From assembly GCA_008632985.1 (NCBI GenBank), contig QPGO01000099.1, positions 227,679 through 291,678 on the forward strand: a stretch of 64,000 nucleotides of DNA, given 5' to 3'. Shown one piece after another: positions 51,480-63,489 of the stretch. Each line of letters starts with the position of its first letter. The stretch's first letter is position 1. Origin of the DNA: Psammoneis japonica. Its lineage: Eukaryota. Position numbers and translations under genes: made by a program. The notes under the pieces are model-generated. The model was not told the DNA's origin and ran no database searches. It was given only the letters and a program-made list of their open reading frames with translations.

Positions 51480-52880
51480 ATATAACAGAGTCCATCATAC
51501 AGCACTATGAAGGAGGACAGAGTATTTCAACTGGAGGAAACGGGGACAAGTCAAATCGAATTCCAGGAGAGATCTCTCGTTTCTCAAGAGAAGAAACTCA
51601 TTATTTCCGCAGACCAAACGTCGAGCTTCCGCCGGGATGAGGTGAAAAGTCGTATGCCTTGGAAAGCTTTTGCTGTTAGAACGAGAAGGAGTAGGTCCCA
51701 ACCAAGGAAGAGTTCAATCTATAATGTGCGTAACACTGAAACTAATCGTGGTGGATCAAGTCCCGGACTTCTTGAATGGTTCTGGACTGGTTGTTGACAT
51801 TCCTCCCTCGAGATTGATTGAAGCCAGCCAGACAAGCCGTAGCTTACACAGCATCATGGTGAGAATGAAGCATTGGTCTGGTTCCTGAGTTGCGCAGAGA
51901 TAACTTGTTTGTGATTGACGAGAGGATAGGGATGCCTTTGGCCGGCACCGAGTTTCCTTCTCGTGTGTTGGAGACCTTTCCGCTTCCAGAATCCATTTCA
52001 TTTGCAATGAAGAATGAAATAATGGAACGCACCGTCCAGGAATGCTCGGACAAGAAACTTTGGGATCGCATGTGAGATTTGCTTTCAGTTTACACAGGCC
52101 GAGAAGGTAATTGCAATGTTCCTTATGATGACGTCAAGGATTTCGTGAATGTAAATATGGTCGACAAATCAGCGGGTCCGTACGAAGGACGAAAGGCTCA
52201 ATATTTCTCGGCAGGAGCGACTCAAGGAGGCTGGAGTCGTGTGGGACATGTCGGAGGATCAATGGGGTCGCATGTACGATTTGCTCTTGGTCACAAACGC
52301 CTTGAAGAGCATTGCAATATCCCGAAGATGCACAAAGAAGAAGAAAGAAACTAGGCACTTGGCTGGATACTCAACAATCGGCTAAAAAGTATGGGAGACT
52401 GGACCGCGTCCGAGAAAAACGACTTGAGGATGCTGGCATTGTGTGGGGCGTGTTGTAGTATCAACGGGAAATTATCTTCCTATTGGTGTTTCAAGGAGTC
52501 GCATCGAGCACGGAAAGAATCTAGGAAGTGGGCTGGACCAGCAACTATCAGTAAAAGGAAACGGGAAAATGACCACTTCTCGGCAAGGACGGCTTGAGGA
52601 GCTTGGTGTCGAGTGGAATACGTGCATACCGGTAGGTCAATGGGGTTCCATGTTTTTGTATTCAATTCGATTTTTGAAGGGAGGAGCGTTGCAATGTTCC
52701 CTACTCGTGTCTCAGAGAGGATGGAGAGGTATTGGGAGTTGGTTGAAATCGCAACGGCGAGTAAAAAGAATGGGAGACTGGGCACTTCTCGGCAATAACG
52801 ACTGGTGGATATTAGTGTCGTTTGGGGGTCAAAGGTTTAAGTACTGTACGACTCGTCATCAGAAAATAGCAGCCGAATGA
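51480..52880 (+). pseudogene. Internally deleted helicase + HA repeats (copy C)
   Basis: NVELPPG*GEK (degenerate Walker A) and LKLIVVDQ, then a jump to HA repeats (GREGNCNVP, RLEELGVEWN). Confidence 0.8.
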
Positions 52881-53051
52881 CATTCAACTGCGTGGCGCTC
52901 GAAGTTGACCTTGTTATACACTCTGCATTACTAGCAGCTAGATCCTACTATCCAATATACAACCTCTTGCGCTAATACTCCAAATAAAACTATACGACAG
53001 CTAATCCCGCGCTACAAAGCCACACCCCTCTCGTGTCGTACTCGTACACGA

Positions 53052-53990
53052 CTAACAACTAACCCAATTCACCGTATGATTTGGATCGGGGCACAAGGAA
53101 CGTCCCCGACTCTTGAGATCGTGCTTACCCGTACTCGCACCCGGAAAAGCTCCTCCACGAGTTTTGAACTCTCGTCCACCAATGTTCGGGAAAAACAATT
53201 TTGGCTTTCGAAATGGCATCGTCGCATATTTTTCATGCAAATTACGAGCCTGAGTTTGAACAAGTGTTATAAAGCTATTCGTTGATTCTTGAACTCTCGT
53301 CCACCAAGGAAATGGCATCGTCTTGTATTCTTTCAAAATGCGAACCTGAATTCGTGCCTTTTTGATGATGGTCTTCAACGAGTCATGGGCGATCTGGTGT
53401 AAGCTCGAAACGGTTTCACGGACAGTCTTGGTATTGATGAAAGAGGAGCCATGAAAGATAGTGTGCAACCTCGACGTGGTTTCATGAAAAATCTCGGTAA
53501 GCGTGGTCTCTTGAAGGATTTGTTGGAAACGGCCGGACAACTCGATTTCATGCTCGAAGGAAAGGTCGAAGGAGTGGCAGACAGAGCTCGATTCTTTCAG
53601 AGCCTCAACTGACATGTCATCCGTAGGTGTGCAGTTTCGAATGGCGTTGTGAAGAAGGGTGGAGTCGTAGTCCTTGTGGTCAAAATACACGCAATGAATG
53701 CTCGACCGGATTAGAGCTTCGATGGGCATGCTTGTGGGCGTGGTGTTGCTGAGAATGTTTTGGAGGCGGATGAAGGAGTCGTCATGGCTTTCGATCGTCG
53801 TAAAGATCGTTTTGGCAGACAAAGCAATACGAAGGATGTCTTGACTTGCTTTCGAGGCAATCGACACACCTTGCGCCGTCGCGTCAACAACGGCCGAAAG
53901 CGAAAGCGGGCGGGCAAAGGGACCAGCGCTCATGGCACCGGCAGCAATGCCAAGGGAGATGACAGCAAGGTTCTTGATTGAAGCAATCAT
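53052..53990 (-). CDS. Orphan ORF-X, 312 aa, with signal-peptide-like N-terminus
   Basis: Uninterrupted ORF starting MIASIKNLAVISLGIAAGAMSA; duplicated at 35751. No family recognised. Confidence 0.65.
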   Translation of the reverse strand: MIASIKNLAVISLGIAAGAMSAGPFARPLSLSAVVDATAQGVSIASKASQDILRIALSAKTIFTTIESHDDSFIRLQNILSNTTPTSMPIEALIRSSIHCVYFDHKDYDSTLLHNAIRNCTPTDDMSVEALKESSSVCHSFDLSFEHEIELSGRFQQILQETTLTEIFHETTSRLHTIFHGSSFINTKTVRETVSSLHQIAHDSLKTIIKKARIQVRILKEYKTMPFPWWTRVQESTNSFITLVQTQARNLHEKYATMPFRKPKLFFPNIGGREFKTRGGAFPGASTGKHDLKSRGRSLCPDPNHTVNWVSC

Positions 53991-54719
53991 GGTGATGACT
54001 TTACTATGCTACTTTCCTCGTCAAAGAAAAGATTGTGAGAGAATCGAGAGCAAAAATTGAGGCATCCATCGAGAGGAAGCATCGACGTCAAGTACCAGAC
54101 ACGTAGAAATCTACGAGAAACGCACCTCAAACAAAAACCGCCCGTATCGATCGTGTCGCCCGAGAGAGGCAGAGATGGTGTAGTCACCATTTACAATATT
54201 CAATATTGGGCTGGATATGAGGTATGATTCTCATGAAATGAACCGGGACTGCAGAACAACGGCGAGTTTTGGTGTTTGTTTTCAGCCGATGTTGTGATGA
54301 GGTCGGAGGGAGATTGGAAGTGATAGCGATTTAGCTCTTGTTTTCTTTAGCCACGTAATAAGATAAGTGACCGTATTCCACTTGTCAATTTATTATGCGA
54401 TCAAATGACATTTTTGCTCAATTTATGAATTGCCCCTCTAACCGGCGCTTCTTTCCCATACTGATTTATTTCGCGGCTTTGTCTGATTTGGCTCGCAACT
54501 CTGCAACCGCTGCAACCGCAATGAGCAGCGAGCATGTTTTCACCTGAAATCAACGCATCAGAAGCATTTATTGACTAAGTCATAGACCAAGCTGAGACGA
54601 GCACTGCAGCTTGAGAATAGAGAACTTCAAATTCCGAAAGTTGCGCAAATAAAGAGAAAGTGCCGCTCCCGGAACTATGGCAGTACGTCACTCCTCATGA
54701 GTCAGGAGCCCAACATACG

Positions 54720-56890
54720 TTAATCTAAGGAGGCAAGAGTATGTCAAGTGGAGGAAACGGGGAGAATTCAAATCGATTCCGGAAGGGATCACTCGTTTCT
54801 CGATAGAAGAAAATCATTTCCGCAGAGCTCACCGGGATGAGGTAAAATGTTGTAGGGGCCCTAGGTCTTGGAGACGCTTTCGTGGTTTGCACGAGAAGGA
54901 GTGGGTCCCCATTGATCAAGAGCTCATTCTCTAATTTGCATAACACCGAAACTGATCTTGGCGGATCAAGCCCTGGACTTCTGGACTGGTTGTGCTGACA
55001 TTCCTCATTGGAGATTAATTGTTTCCAGCCAGATAAGCCATACTGATAGGTTTGTACAACAGCATTATTTGACGAAATTGAAGCATTTCTCCCTTCTGAT
55101 GAGAGTAAGCTACGTTTTCACTTGCTGCACTTACAACTCGCTACCACGGGTGGAGAGGCTTTTGAAGCGATTCGTTTCCTTTTGCATTTTTTATGAAGCA
55201 CAGCAGATGGAAGGTGCGGGGAGTCTATTTGGATACAGTATCTACGGCTCTATCGATTCACTACTTCTGATTGATTTCCTATCGCTAACTCCTCGTCTGT
55301 ACACCCAGTCTCCGAAACAAATCGCCGTTTTTGGGTTCCAAGCTTGACAAGTACGGTGTGCAAACACTATTGCCGAAACGGGAAGTGGAGACCGCTCATT
55401 GCCTCTTGGGCGTTAGGAGCTATGTCGGTGAAGTGATATTTGGACTGTGCTTTGAACGACGGACGTTGCAAGATAGTGTGGAGTAAAACATTACAGTCCC
55501 CATTACGCCATGTGTTGTGGATCAAGGCGAGATCAGTGAGCATGTATCTACCGATTCCAGCCAGCTCTCCAAAGATACCTTGCTACCTTATGCAATCCAA
55601 GCGGCTTTCTAAGTTGAATGTTAGCCGTGCTGTATCGTTCCTCTCTACCACAGTTCGAGCACGGGCTTTTGCGGACTCGACTGGAACGGCAAATTGAAGG
55701 ACGGCATTTCTACCTTTGATATATGATATGTGGTGTTCCCAAAATGTCGGCAGTGAAACGGGAACAGGTACTACCCCAGAAGCAAAAGGTTTGCGTCGAA
55801 CTCAACCATTGCCAATTGCAAGGTATTGGCGGAAGGTGTCGACGAGGTGGATTGGTATTTGGTGACAATAGCTGATCCTGTCCGACGCTCGGTTCTGGCA
55901 CCACAAATGCTTGGACGTGTAAGCCGGAAAGGTCCTGGTGATGAACGAGGTTACGTTCTTGTTCCCGCAACCATTGCTGCTGATTCTGAGTTAGCAGAGG
56001 GTAAGGATAGCTTTGAAATATTTTTACTTGCTTTGGAGGCCATGGTTGGTCTAGATCCTGAGTTACGCGCAAGGATGTCTTGTTTGTGATTAGGTAAGAA
56101 GAGTGACAAGTCAATGCCTTTGATGGACACCGCGTTTCCTTCTCGTGTGTTGGCAATGGTAATGACCTCAACATGCACGAAGAAAATGTGATTAATTTTT
56201 GGGAATATGGTTGAGAAATCAGCGGGTCCGCAAGATAAGGACGGAAGGCTGTATACTTTTCGGCAGGAGCGACTCATGGAGGCTGGCGTCGTGTGGGACA
56301 TGTTAGAGGATCAATGGGGTCGCATATACGATTTGCTCTTGGTTTACGATCACCATGAAGAGCATTGCAATATCCCGACGACGCACAAAGAGGATGGAAT
56401 GAATCTAGCCATTTGGTTGGATACTCAACGATTGGCTGAGAAGAATGGGCGACGGGAAAACGTCCGAGAAAAACGACTTCAGGAAGCTTGTATTGTATGG
56501 GACGTGTTGGAGGATTTCAATTCAGCGAAGAAGAGGGAAATTGCGATGTTCCAAGGAGGCACAGCGAGGGTGGAAAGAACCTGGGACGTTGGTTGAGCAA
56601 GAAACGATCAGTAAAACAAAACTGAAAACTGACACTTGTCGACGAAAGTAACTGGGGGAGCTTTGTGCTGTGTGGGATGCATTCGCAGATCATTGGGAGG
56701 TTATTTTGCCTCTCCTTATTCAGTTTGGGTAACGCGTTGGACCTATTAATGCCGTCCCTTAGCAACACATTGAAGAAGGCGTGAAATCAGGAAAATGGTC
56801 GCGACAATCGAAGAAAAAGGAGGTGCTAAGTGGCAGTCACCTCTAGAGTGATTGGAAGAGGTTGGGGTTGCTTGGGTCATTTTCCGTAGG
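54720..56890 (+). pseudogene. SF2 helicase + HA repeats, disrupted (copy D)
   Basis: ADQALD, CTYNSL, IFYEAQQMEG, FLSLTPRLY, DPVRRSVLAPQMLGRVSRK..GYVLVP and HA repeat HEEHCNIPTTHKEDGMNLAIWLDTQR. Confidence 0.88.
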
Positions 56891-57029
56891 TGAGTGACTA
56901 CCTGTAGCATTTATGCTCAAGGCCATTACTTTATAACATAAGCAATCAAAAGGCATTGGCTGCGGTATTATGCACGTCTATTCTTTGAACACTATTATCT
57001 TTTAGCCATACAGATAACGATGGAGCAAG

Positions 57030-57578
57030 AAACCTACAATCATGTAGGTGCTTACTACGTAATGTTCATGCCAAGAAACACATTGTCCACCTTTACCATG
57101 CAATCTTAGCCTATCCAGTGATGCATAATGCATTGGCACGGGAATTGAAGCGAATCGTGACGGCATCTCCAATACGTTGAGCCACGCCTATTCTCGAGCA
57201 AAGTACAGTACCACGTCAAAGCATCCTCAGACGAGGTTCCAAACAACTTCTAGGCGCTGAAACTTTTGGAAAAATAAGCTCCGTTCTTGCAAAAGGTCTC
57301 GAGTTGAACCCTACAATCATGTACGTGATTACTACGTAATGTTTATGGAAAGAAAGAGTATTGTCGAACCTTTACCACGCAATCTCGGCCCATCCAGTGA
57401 TGGATAGTTCATCGGCACAGGGCTTGAAGCGAAGGGTGACGGTTTCTCCAATACGTTGAGCCACGCCTTCTCGAGAAAAGAACCGCGTCAAAGCCTCCTC
57501 AGAAGAAGTTCCAAACAACTTCTCGGTGCTGTAACTTTCGGAATAATAAGCTCCTTTCTTGCAAAAGGTCTCGAGTTG
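57030..57578. repeat. Tandem duplication (~275 bp) of the 3' end and 3'UTR of the XPA-C-like gene
   Basis: CCTACAATCATGTA..TTACTACGTAATGTT..TCTCCAATACGTTGAGCCACGCC..TCTTGCAAAAGGTCTCGAGTTG at 57030-57307 and 57308-57578. Confidence 0.9.
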
Positions 57579-58151
57579 CTCGTCCGAGGGGCGTCCCATC
57601 AAGGCAGCAAAGGTCTCGGCTTGCACCGCAGGGACTTCGACACGCCAGTTCTTGGGAGCTCCCGACATTTCAAATCCCATACGCTTCTTTGTCATCTTCA
57701 AAAGAGAAGCCCGAAGCTTCTTGATGCCCTGAGTATCGGGAGCATCCGTAGCGTGCTGTTTCTTGGCTTTTTCGAGTTTGGCTCGTGCTTCTGCTTCCTT
57801 TTGGGCTTTCTTGGTTTCTCGCTTATGACGATTTTGTAGTTTCTTTTCGAGTCCCATACGGCCATGTTTCTGTAATGCTTCTTGAATAAGATCGTCCCTG
57901 CTGTAGAGCTTCATTGGAGGACCGCATCCAATACCGCCACCAATCGACTGGTGGAGCAATACAGACAGGTCCTGAGCGTTCAGAAAGTACTCCTTTTTGG
58001 CCTCAGCCGAAGAAATCCAGGTTTCGTCATTATCTTCAATCAACCGATCTACGAAAGTACGGCGAGCTTCAGGGACTTTCTGAGAGTCACGAGTCGACGA
58101 CGTCGCGCTTTCGTTGTTGCTTACGTCCTGAAGAGCGTCCCGGTCTGACAT
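57372..58151 (-). CDS. XPA C-terminal-like domain protein, 259 aa
   Basis: WISSAEAKKEYFLNAQDL...PPMKLYSRDDLIQEALQKHG..LEKKLQNR resembles the XPA DNA-binding subdomain (ITKTEAK..YLL...DL...MKLY); no zinc finger seen. Confidence 0.7.
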   Translation of the reverse strand: MSDRDALQDVSNNESATSSTRDSQKVPEARRTFVDRLIEDNDETWISSAEAKKEYFLNAQDLSVLLHQSIGGGIGCGPPMKLYSRDDLIQEALQKHGRMGLEKKLQNRHKRETKKAQKEAEARAKLEKAKKQHATDAPDTQGIKKLRASLLKMTKKRMGFEMSGAPKNWRVEVPAVQAETFAALMGRPSDEQLETFCKKGAYYSESYSTEKLFGTSSEEALTRFFSREGVAQRIGETVTLRFKPCADELSITGWAEIAW

Positions 58152-58369
58152 GGCTTGACAAAATAAGAGCTATGCGGCTAAGAATAGAGAGTAAGGAGAA
58201 AAGGTATGTCTTATGAGATGAAGTGATTCTGTTTTTGACATCGTGTCGATCTTCGCTCGCACCGCTTCTCGTTTCGCGTCCAATTTTTTTGGCGCGACCC
58301 GGCTGTTAGTTGGAGCGAAGGCCAGAACTGTAGGAACGGCTGACGGGCTGACGTATTCTGGCTACATTA

Positions 58370-61300
58370 CATGCAGCACATTCTCATTCAACCGGACATC
58401 ATCCTGTGAAAGAGGTGCAGCAGGCTGGGTGTCGGAGGGCTTAAAAATGAGGGGAATGCCCATCATGCACGCTCCACTGTCACAATGGTAAAAGCAAAAT
58501 TCCTGGCAATGCAACACCACTTTCTGAAAAACAAGAGCACTGTTCTTTGTGGTGTTGGAACACATGTGTTGGGAAAAGCAACACAGGGGCTGGGATGGCC
58601 GCCTGTCTCTGTTGCAGCAAATGTGAGCAATGCACATGACCCAGCAGTCTCTGTTTCTGACTCTTTTTCTTTTCTGGAGCAATGCTTTCCAGAGTGCAAT
58701 CTGACAGGCAAAGTGAGAAAGGTGTTTTGTTGTGCTGCATGCCAAAAAAAGCTGACATGCTCACTCAAGACTCGCCGCAGACATGGCGTGCTCCAGAGCT
58801 CCAGGTGATGTGCAGAGGCACATGATCCCCATTGCTGGCCCATTTTTGCATTTGGCACAATGAGCTCCTTCAATTTTGATTTTTTCCAACATCGAAGGCC
58901 AAGTGTGCATGAAACTTTTGTTTTTTATGTGCGCCCACCTTTCTTTTTTCGAAACTGTCAAAACAGAAGGAGTTTGTTGTGCTGAGCACAAATTTCACCA
59001 AGTGTTGTCACATTCTGCATGAAAAAATGCTCTCTGTGCACATGCATTTTTTCTTTTCTTTTTTTGGCTCATTTTTGTGGTCTGCATCAACTCAACTGTG
59101 ACGTCCGAACATGCCCTGTTTTTCCACAGACACCAAACACAACATTTTTTGGAGTGCACCACAAAATCAGGATGTCCTCTCATCTGTCTCATCCACCAGC
59201 CTCCTTTGTGCACATTTTGCTGATGCCTCCAATGCACCATGGTTAAGAAGAGGAAGCAAAAGTCAGCTGGCCATCACAACAAGTCAGGAGCTGGCAACAA
59301 CAAAAACAAAAAGTGTCATTGTGATGGGTTGTCCTTTCTCCTTTCCAAGAAAACCTGCCCTTTCCCAAGTCAATGCTGAAGGAGCAGCTGCCACTCCCTT
59401 CCACCTCACCTTTGACAATGCCTCTGTTGCTCCTTCCACATCTTTTGCAGACTGCTGGTGCTGGGACAATCTGACGATGTCCAGGACAGATGACAATCAT
59501 GCACAGGAGAAGAAAGAAAGTGAGCAAAGGAGAGATTGTTGGATCTTGACAATGCATCTGTGCCAGTCTGTCCAATGCAACTTGGGCATGGCTTTGACAA
59601 CAGAGGACAGTCCATGACTGGGGCAAATGCAGCCATCATTGCATGGAACAATGTGATGAAATGGCCCTGCGAAACAAAAAGCTTTGGGGTCTCGAGCATC
59701 AGGCAGGCATGGATGTTGGCGGAAAGCACTGCCAACTTGGCAGGAAGTTTGAGGGACCAAGCACCAACATCTGCAGGTGGCTTGCCTGAAGGCACCATGA
59801 CAGACACAGCAGATTTGACATGCAATGTGATGTCATCCACAGGATCCATCCTGGCATCAAAATGGTGGGTGCATCTTCAACATGACAATTTTCATTCTTC
59901 CTGGCAGAGTCTTGGCAACAAGAGCTGCATCTTGAACCACAGATGCAACAGACACATCAGAACCTCCATGAGGAAGATTGCTCTTCAAGAATGCATTGTT
60001 CATGACTTGCTCGCACTGCTTTGGACCAGGAAACAAGCAGCTGAGAGGCCTTGGCAAGACTTCAGGGGTGAACCCTGCAGCAGGGTTTCTTGTCTGGTTG
60101 ATTTGCTTGTTGACAAAAGCACTTCTGTCACTTTCAGAGAAACTGGCAGTTGGATCCAGTGAAACCAATGCTCCTCAAATCAAGAATTTGGAAGGCTCAA
60201 CAGTTTGCAACCAGATGTGCTCAAACCATTGCCATTTCTTTTGGCACGGTTTTGCAGTCAGGCAGTGCTGGCCTGCTCCAGTTGTTGTGTGCTCCCACAG
60301 CATGTTGTGTGTGTCCCACATGCTGGCACACAAACTGAAGTTTTTGTGCTCAGTCTGAGCACTGCTGACAAATGGGGAAAAAAAGATGCTTCTTGCAAGG
60401 CTTGGCTGATGTCACATGAGATGGCAATGGGAGGGGGAAGGCAGCAGCAGCTGGGCACAGTCTGCTGGCCTGTTCAAGCTCCCAGGTGTCAAAAAAAGGG
60501 GGCATGATCTGTTGCTGGCCCATTTTTGCATTTGACGCAATGAACTCCTTCAATCTCAATTTTTCAAAATTGAAAGGTGAGTGCACACACACAACTTTTA
60601 TTTTTTTGTGTGCAATCACCTTTCCATTTTTGAAAGAATCAAAATTGAGCAGTTCATTGTGCCTGCAATGTTTGGCTGGCATCTCATGTGATGGATTGCG
60701 GATGACCTGGGGATCCACACAACAGGCCTGCTGCAATGCAGCACATGTGCACAGCTGACAATCTTCTCATGGGATGACAACATTTGCTCTTTTGAGCAGC
60801 AATGTTGGAAACCACAAGCCATGCACATTTGAGAGCAACACATTTTTTTGTTGATTTTTGATGTTGCTGCAACATTTGCACTGGACAGCCAATCTCTTGT
60901 TCCTCTGATTGTCTCAACAAAGCAACTGTGCAAAACTTGGGACAAACCAGTTTGTGACAGCTCTCCCAGCTGGGAGCTGCTTTCCTCTCTCTGGCAGCCC
61001 CAAAGCTGTGGAAAGAGTTTTTTTTTCATCAACCCTGCAAAGCCAAGAAGTCTCATCTGACCTTCTCTCTGACACCACACCTCTGGCCCAGAGCAGCTTC
61101 TTGGCACAGAGGCCATCTGCTGTGCACACCCCAAAGGGTGTGTTGTTCATCATCCCAGAAATGCACCCTTCTCTGAAGATGCAATGACGCTGCTGTTGGC
61201 TGCTGCCATCCACTTGCAGTGGCTGCATTGTGGGGCCAATGTGCCAGCCATCACCCGCTCAAGCCTGAGTTTGGTGGCAATCCCTTGGGCCACTGGTTTC

Positions 61301-61600
61301 TCAATTTAGCTGTCTCCTTGGTTTTCATTGTTGTCTCACTGTGCTCTTCAGCACAGTCAATGTCCAATTTGTCCTTCATTTGGGGTGCAATGAGACAAAA
61401 CTTCATCAACTGCGTGTTTGACAACCTCTTCTTGTGGACATGTGAACAAGAGCTTTCACAGGTGCAACAGGTGCCTCTAATGGATTAAAATGCCATTCAG
61501 CCATTCGAAACTCAAGGAGTTGAACAGGTTGATTTATCTCCTTTTTCGCAGATCTTGAGTTTTGAATGCGACCAGTGAGGTCGGATGATTGCCGGACGTG
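58370..61600. other. TpA/CpG-depleted block 4 with an internal ~120-bp diverged direct repeat
   Basis: TA nearly absent. TTGCTGGCCCATTTTTGCATTTG..CAATGA.CTCCTTCAAT.. occurs at ~58832 and ~60512. Confidence 0.85.
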
Positions 61601-62004
61601 CCTTTTCACAGCAGGGTAGGTGAAATGAGCGATGGGCGACGGATAGCGTAGTACCTTCTCCCTAGCTAATAGCTAGCTAGAGTATAGAGAGAGAGGGAGA
61701 GAGGGCACTCTAAAGGTGATCGTATAACTCAAAAGAACAGGGAATTGGATTTGTTTACGCCGCATCTACGATAGAATAGTCATGACCACGACGGTTACTG
61801 TGTGGAATGATGGTTTCGAGACACTCATTTCTCAAAGGTCGGCGTTTCACTTTCAAACTGATGTTTATAGCTTAGTCGTACACGTGGCGAGGCTAACTGT
61901 GCAAAAGGCCTTGAGTTCTCTTGAGAGCAGAGAAGCCTCCCGTTTTGTGATTTTGTGGTAAAGCGGTGAAAATAGCCATGCCTGATGCTATAGCTCCCAG
62001 TGCT

Positions 62005-62646
62005 TTAGTCATCAATGTCAAGCCATCGTGGGCGAAGTTGACCATGCGGTTCTGAAGCTGCACCACAACTGCTTTGTAATGTGAAAGAGTATTGTGGCAG
62101 TACCCCTTGTGTTTCCGAAATCAAAGTTGTGCAAGACAAACCGAGTGACTCTGGATGTAGCCAATCGTCGTCATCCTCCTCTTCATTCGACAGGGGGACA
62201 TTATACAAGCATTCTTCGGAAGCTCTGGCAGCAATTTCATCAACCGCCGCCAACTGTTTGGCAATGGCTTTAGAATTCTTGGAAATTACCATGGAAGCTA
62301 GCATTAACTCTGCCGGATCGTGAATACCTTGCTTTCGTTGGCTCTCTTGCTCATCCAACACAAATCGAATAGCTACCTTTCGTGTCTCTGAACCGCTGTA
62401 GTGAATAAATCTCTCTAACCCACGTATACAGAAGCTGTTGTAGTCCAGTGTATTCTCTCGTGCGCTCTGTATAATGTCTCGGCATTCCTGGTGGAAGAAC
62501 GCGTAATCTTGACGAGAATAGCACGTCCTGATGATATCTTCCGGCGTTTTCCTGTCGACAATGTGTGTCTCGTAGGGACCGTCCGCAAATCGAACAACCT
62601 TGTACGAAGGACCGTCGGATAAGAAATCTATCTGTCTTGGAGGCAT
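62005..62646 (-). CDS. Diatom-type hypothetical protein (VRF..Y...DY....EC...IRGLE family)
   Basis: KVVRFAD, CYSRQDYAFFHQEC, CIRGLE, VLDEQESQR and A..LAAVDE; distant relative of the genes at 15875 and 16895. Confidence 0.75.
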   Translation of the reverse strand: MPPRQIDFLSDGPSYKVVRFADGPYETHIVDRKTPEDIIRTCYSRQDYAFFHQECRDIIQSARENTLDYNSFCIRGLERFIHYSGSETRKVAIRFVLDEQESQRKQGIHDPAELMLASMVISKNSKAIAKQLAAVDEIAARASEECLYNVPLSNEEEDDDDWLHPESLGLSCTTLISETQGVLPQYSFTLQSSCGAASEPHGQLRPRWLDIDD

Positions 62647-63489
62647 GCTTTGATAGAAATGGAAAGGCTTTGGGATAATGGCGAGTCGATTCTGCCGTTG
62701 GGTGACAATTATGGTGTTGTGATGGTTAGTTGTGTGCTCGATGCTCGACATAAGTACTCGTAAGCGTTTCCCGTTTCCCGGGTCTTTTGAAATTTTGCTG
62801 TTCGCGGGCGTGTCCGTTGGAGACTCCGTTTTGCATACCACTTGTCCTCATACTCGTATGATATATTTTTCTGATTGCGGATGGTCGCGACTCCAAACAA
62901 GACTGACAACGCGTTTTTTGTTCGCGGTTAGGGTTAGGGTTGAGAGCGAAATGCACTCGCAATAGACTAACTCAACCATGCGGCATGAGGAATAGGAAAT
63001 CTTGCTCCACGAAGCGGAGGCCCTCGCATCATTGCAATCGATTGAAGTGTTTGTACAATTCGTGATAGAGTGCAGCGGTGCGTACGAAGGATGGGATTAG
63101 AGCTGGGGCTTATCGACTTGAAAGAGTGGGTTCTTGGATATGGAGACAGCAAAACGAAATAATTGCAAGAGCCATTATGTGTAGACCGTTAAAGTAGTAA
63201 GGGGATAGGCATTGTTAATGGTTTGAATGGCTTCCACTCTGCTACCAGCGGCGCCAGAAAGGCGGATTCAGCCTAGCCAGCATGGGTGCGAAATGCTCGG
63301 TCTCTACTCCTAGCTAGAGAGTAGATGTGACGCAACATTCAAACACGCAACACGCACTTCGACGCGCGCAGTGCAGAGCGATTGCCTATTCTATCATCGA
63401 CGGTCGATGATCGACGATGATTATTCTGACGTGACAGTCGTTAGCCCTGCAATCGAATACTCGTAAACGAGACTGATTCTGTTCGAATA

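Larger units (their letters stand above)
51260..54438 (-). repeat. Right arm of the inverted duplication (partner 35341-39500), with ~1 kb of helicase core deleted
   Basis: Reverse-complement identity to 35341-37800 and 38830-39500. Confidence 0.88.
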
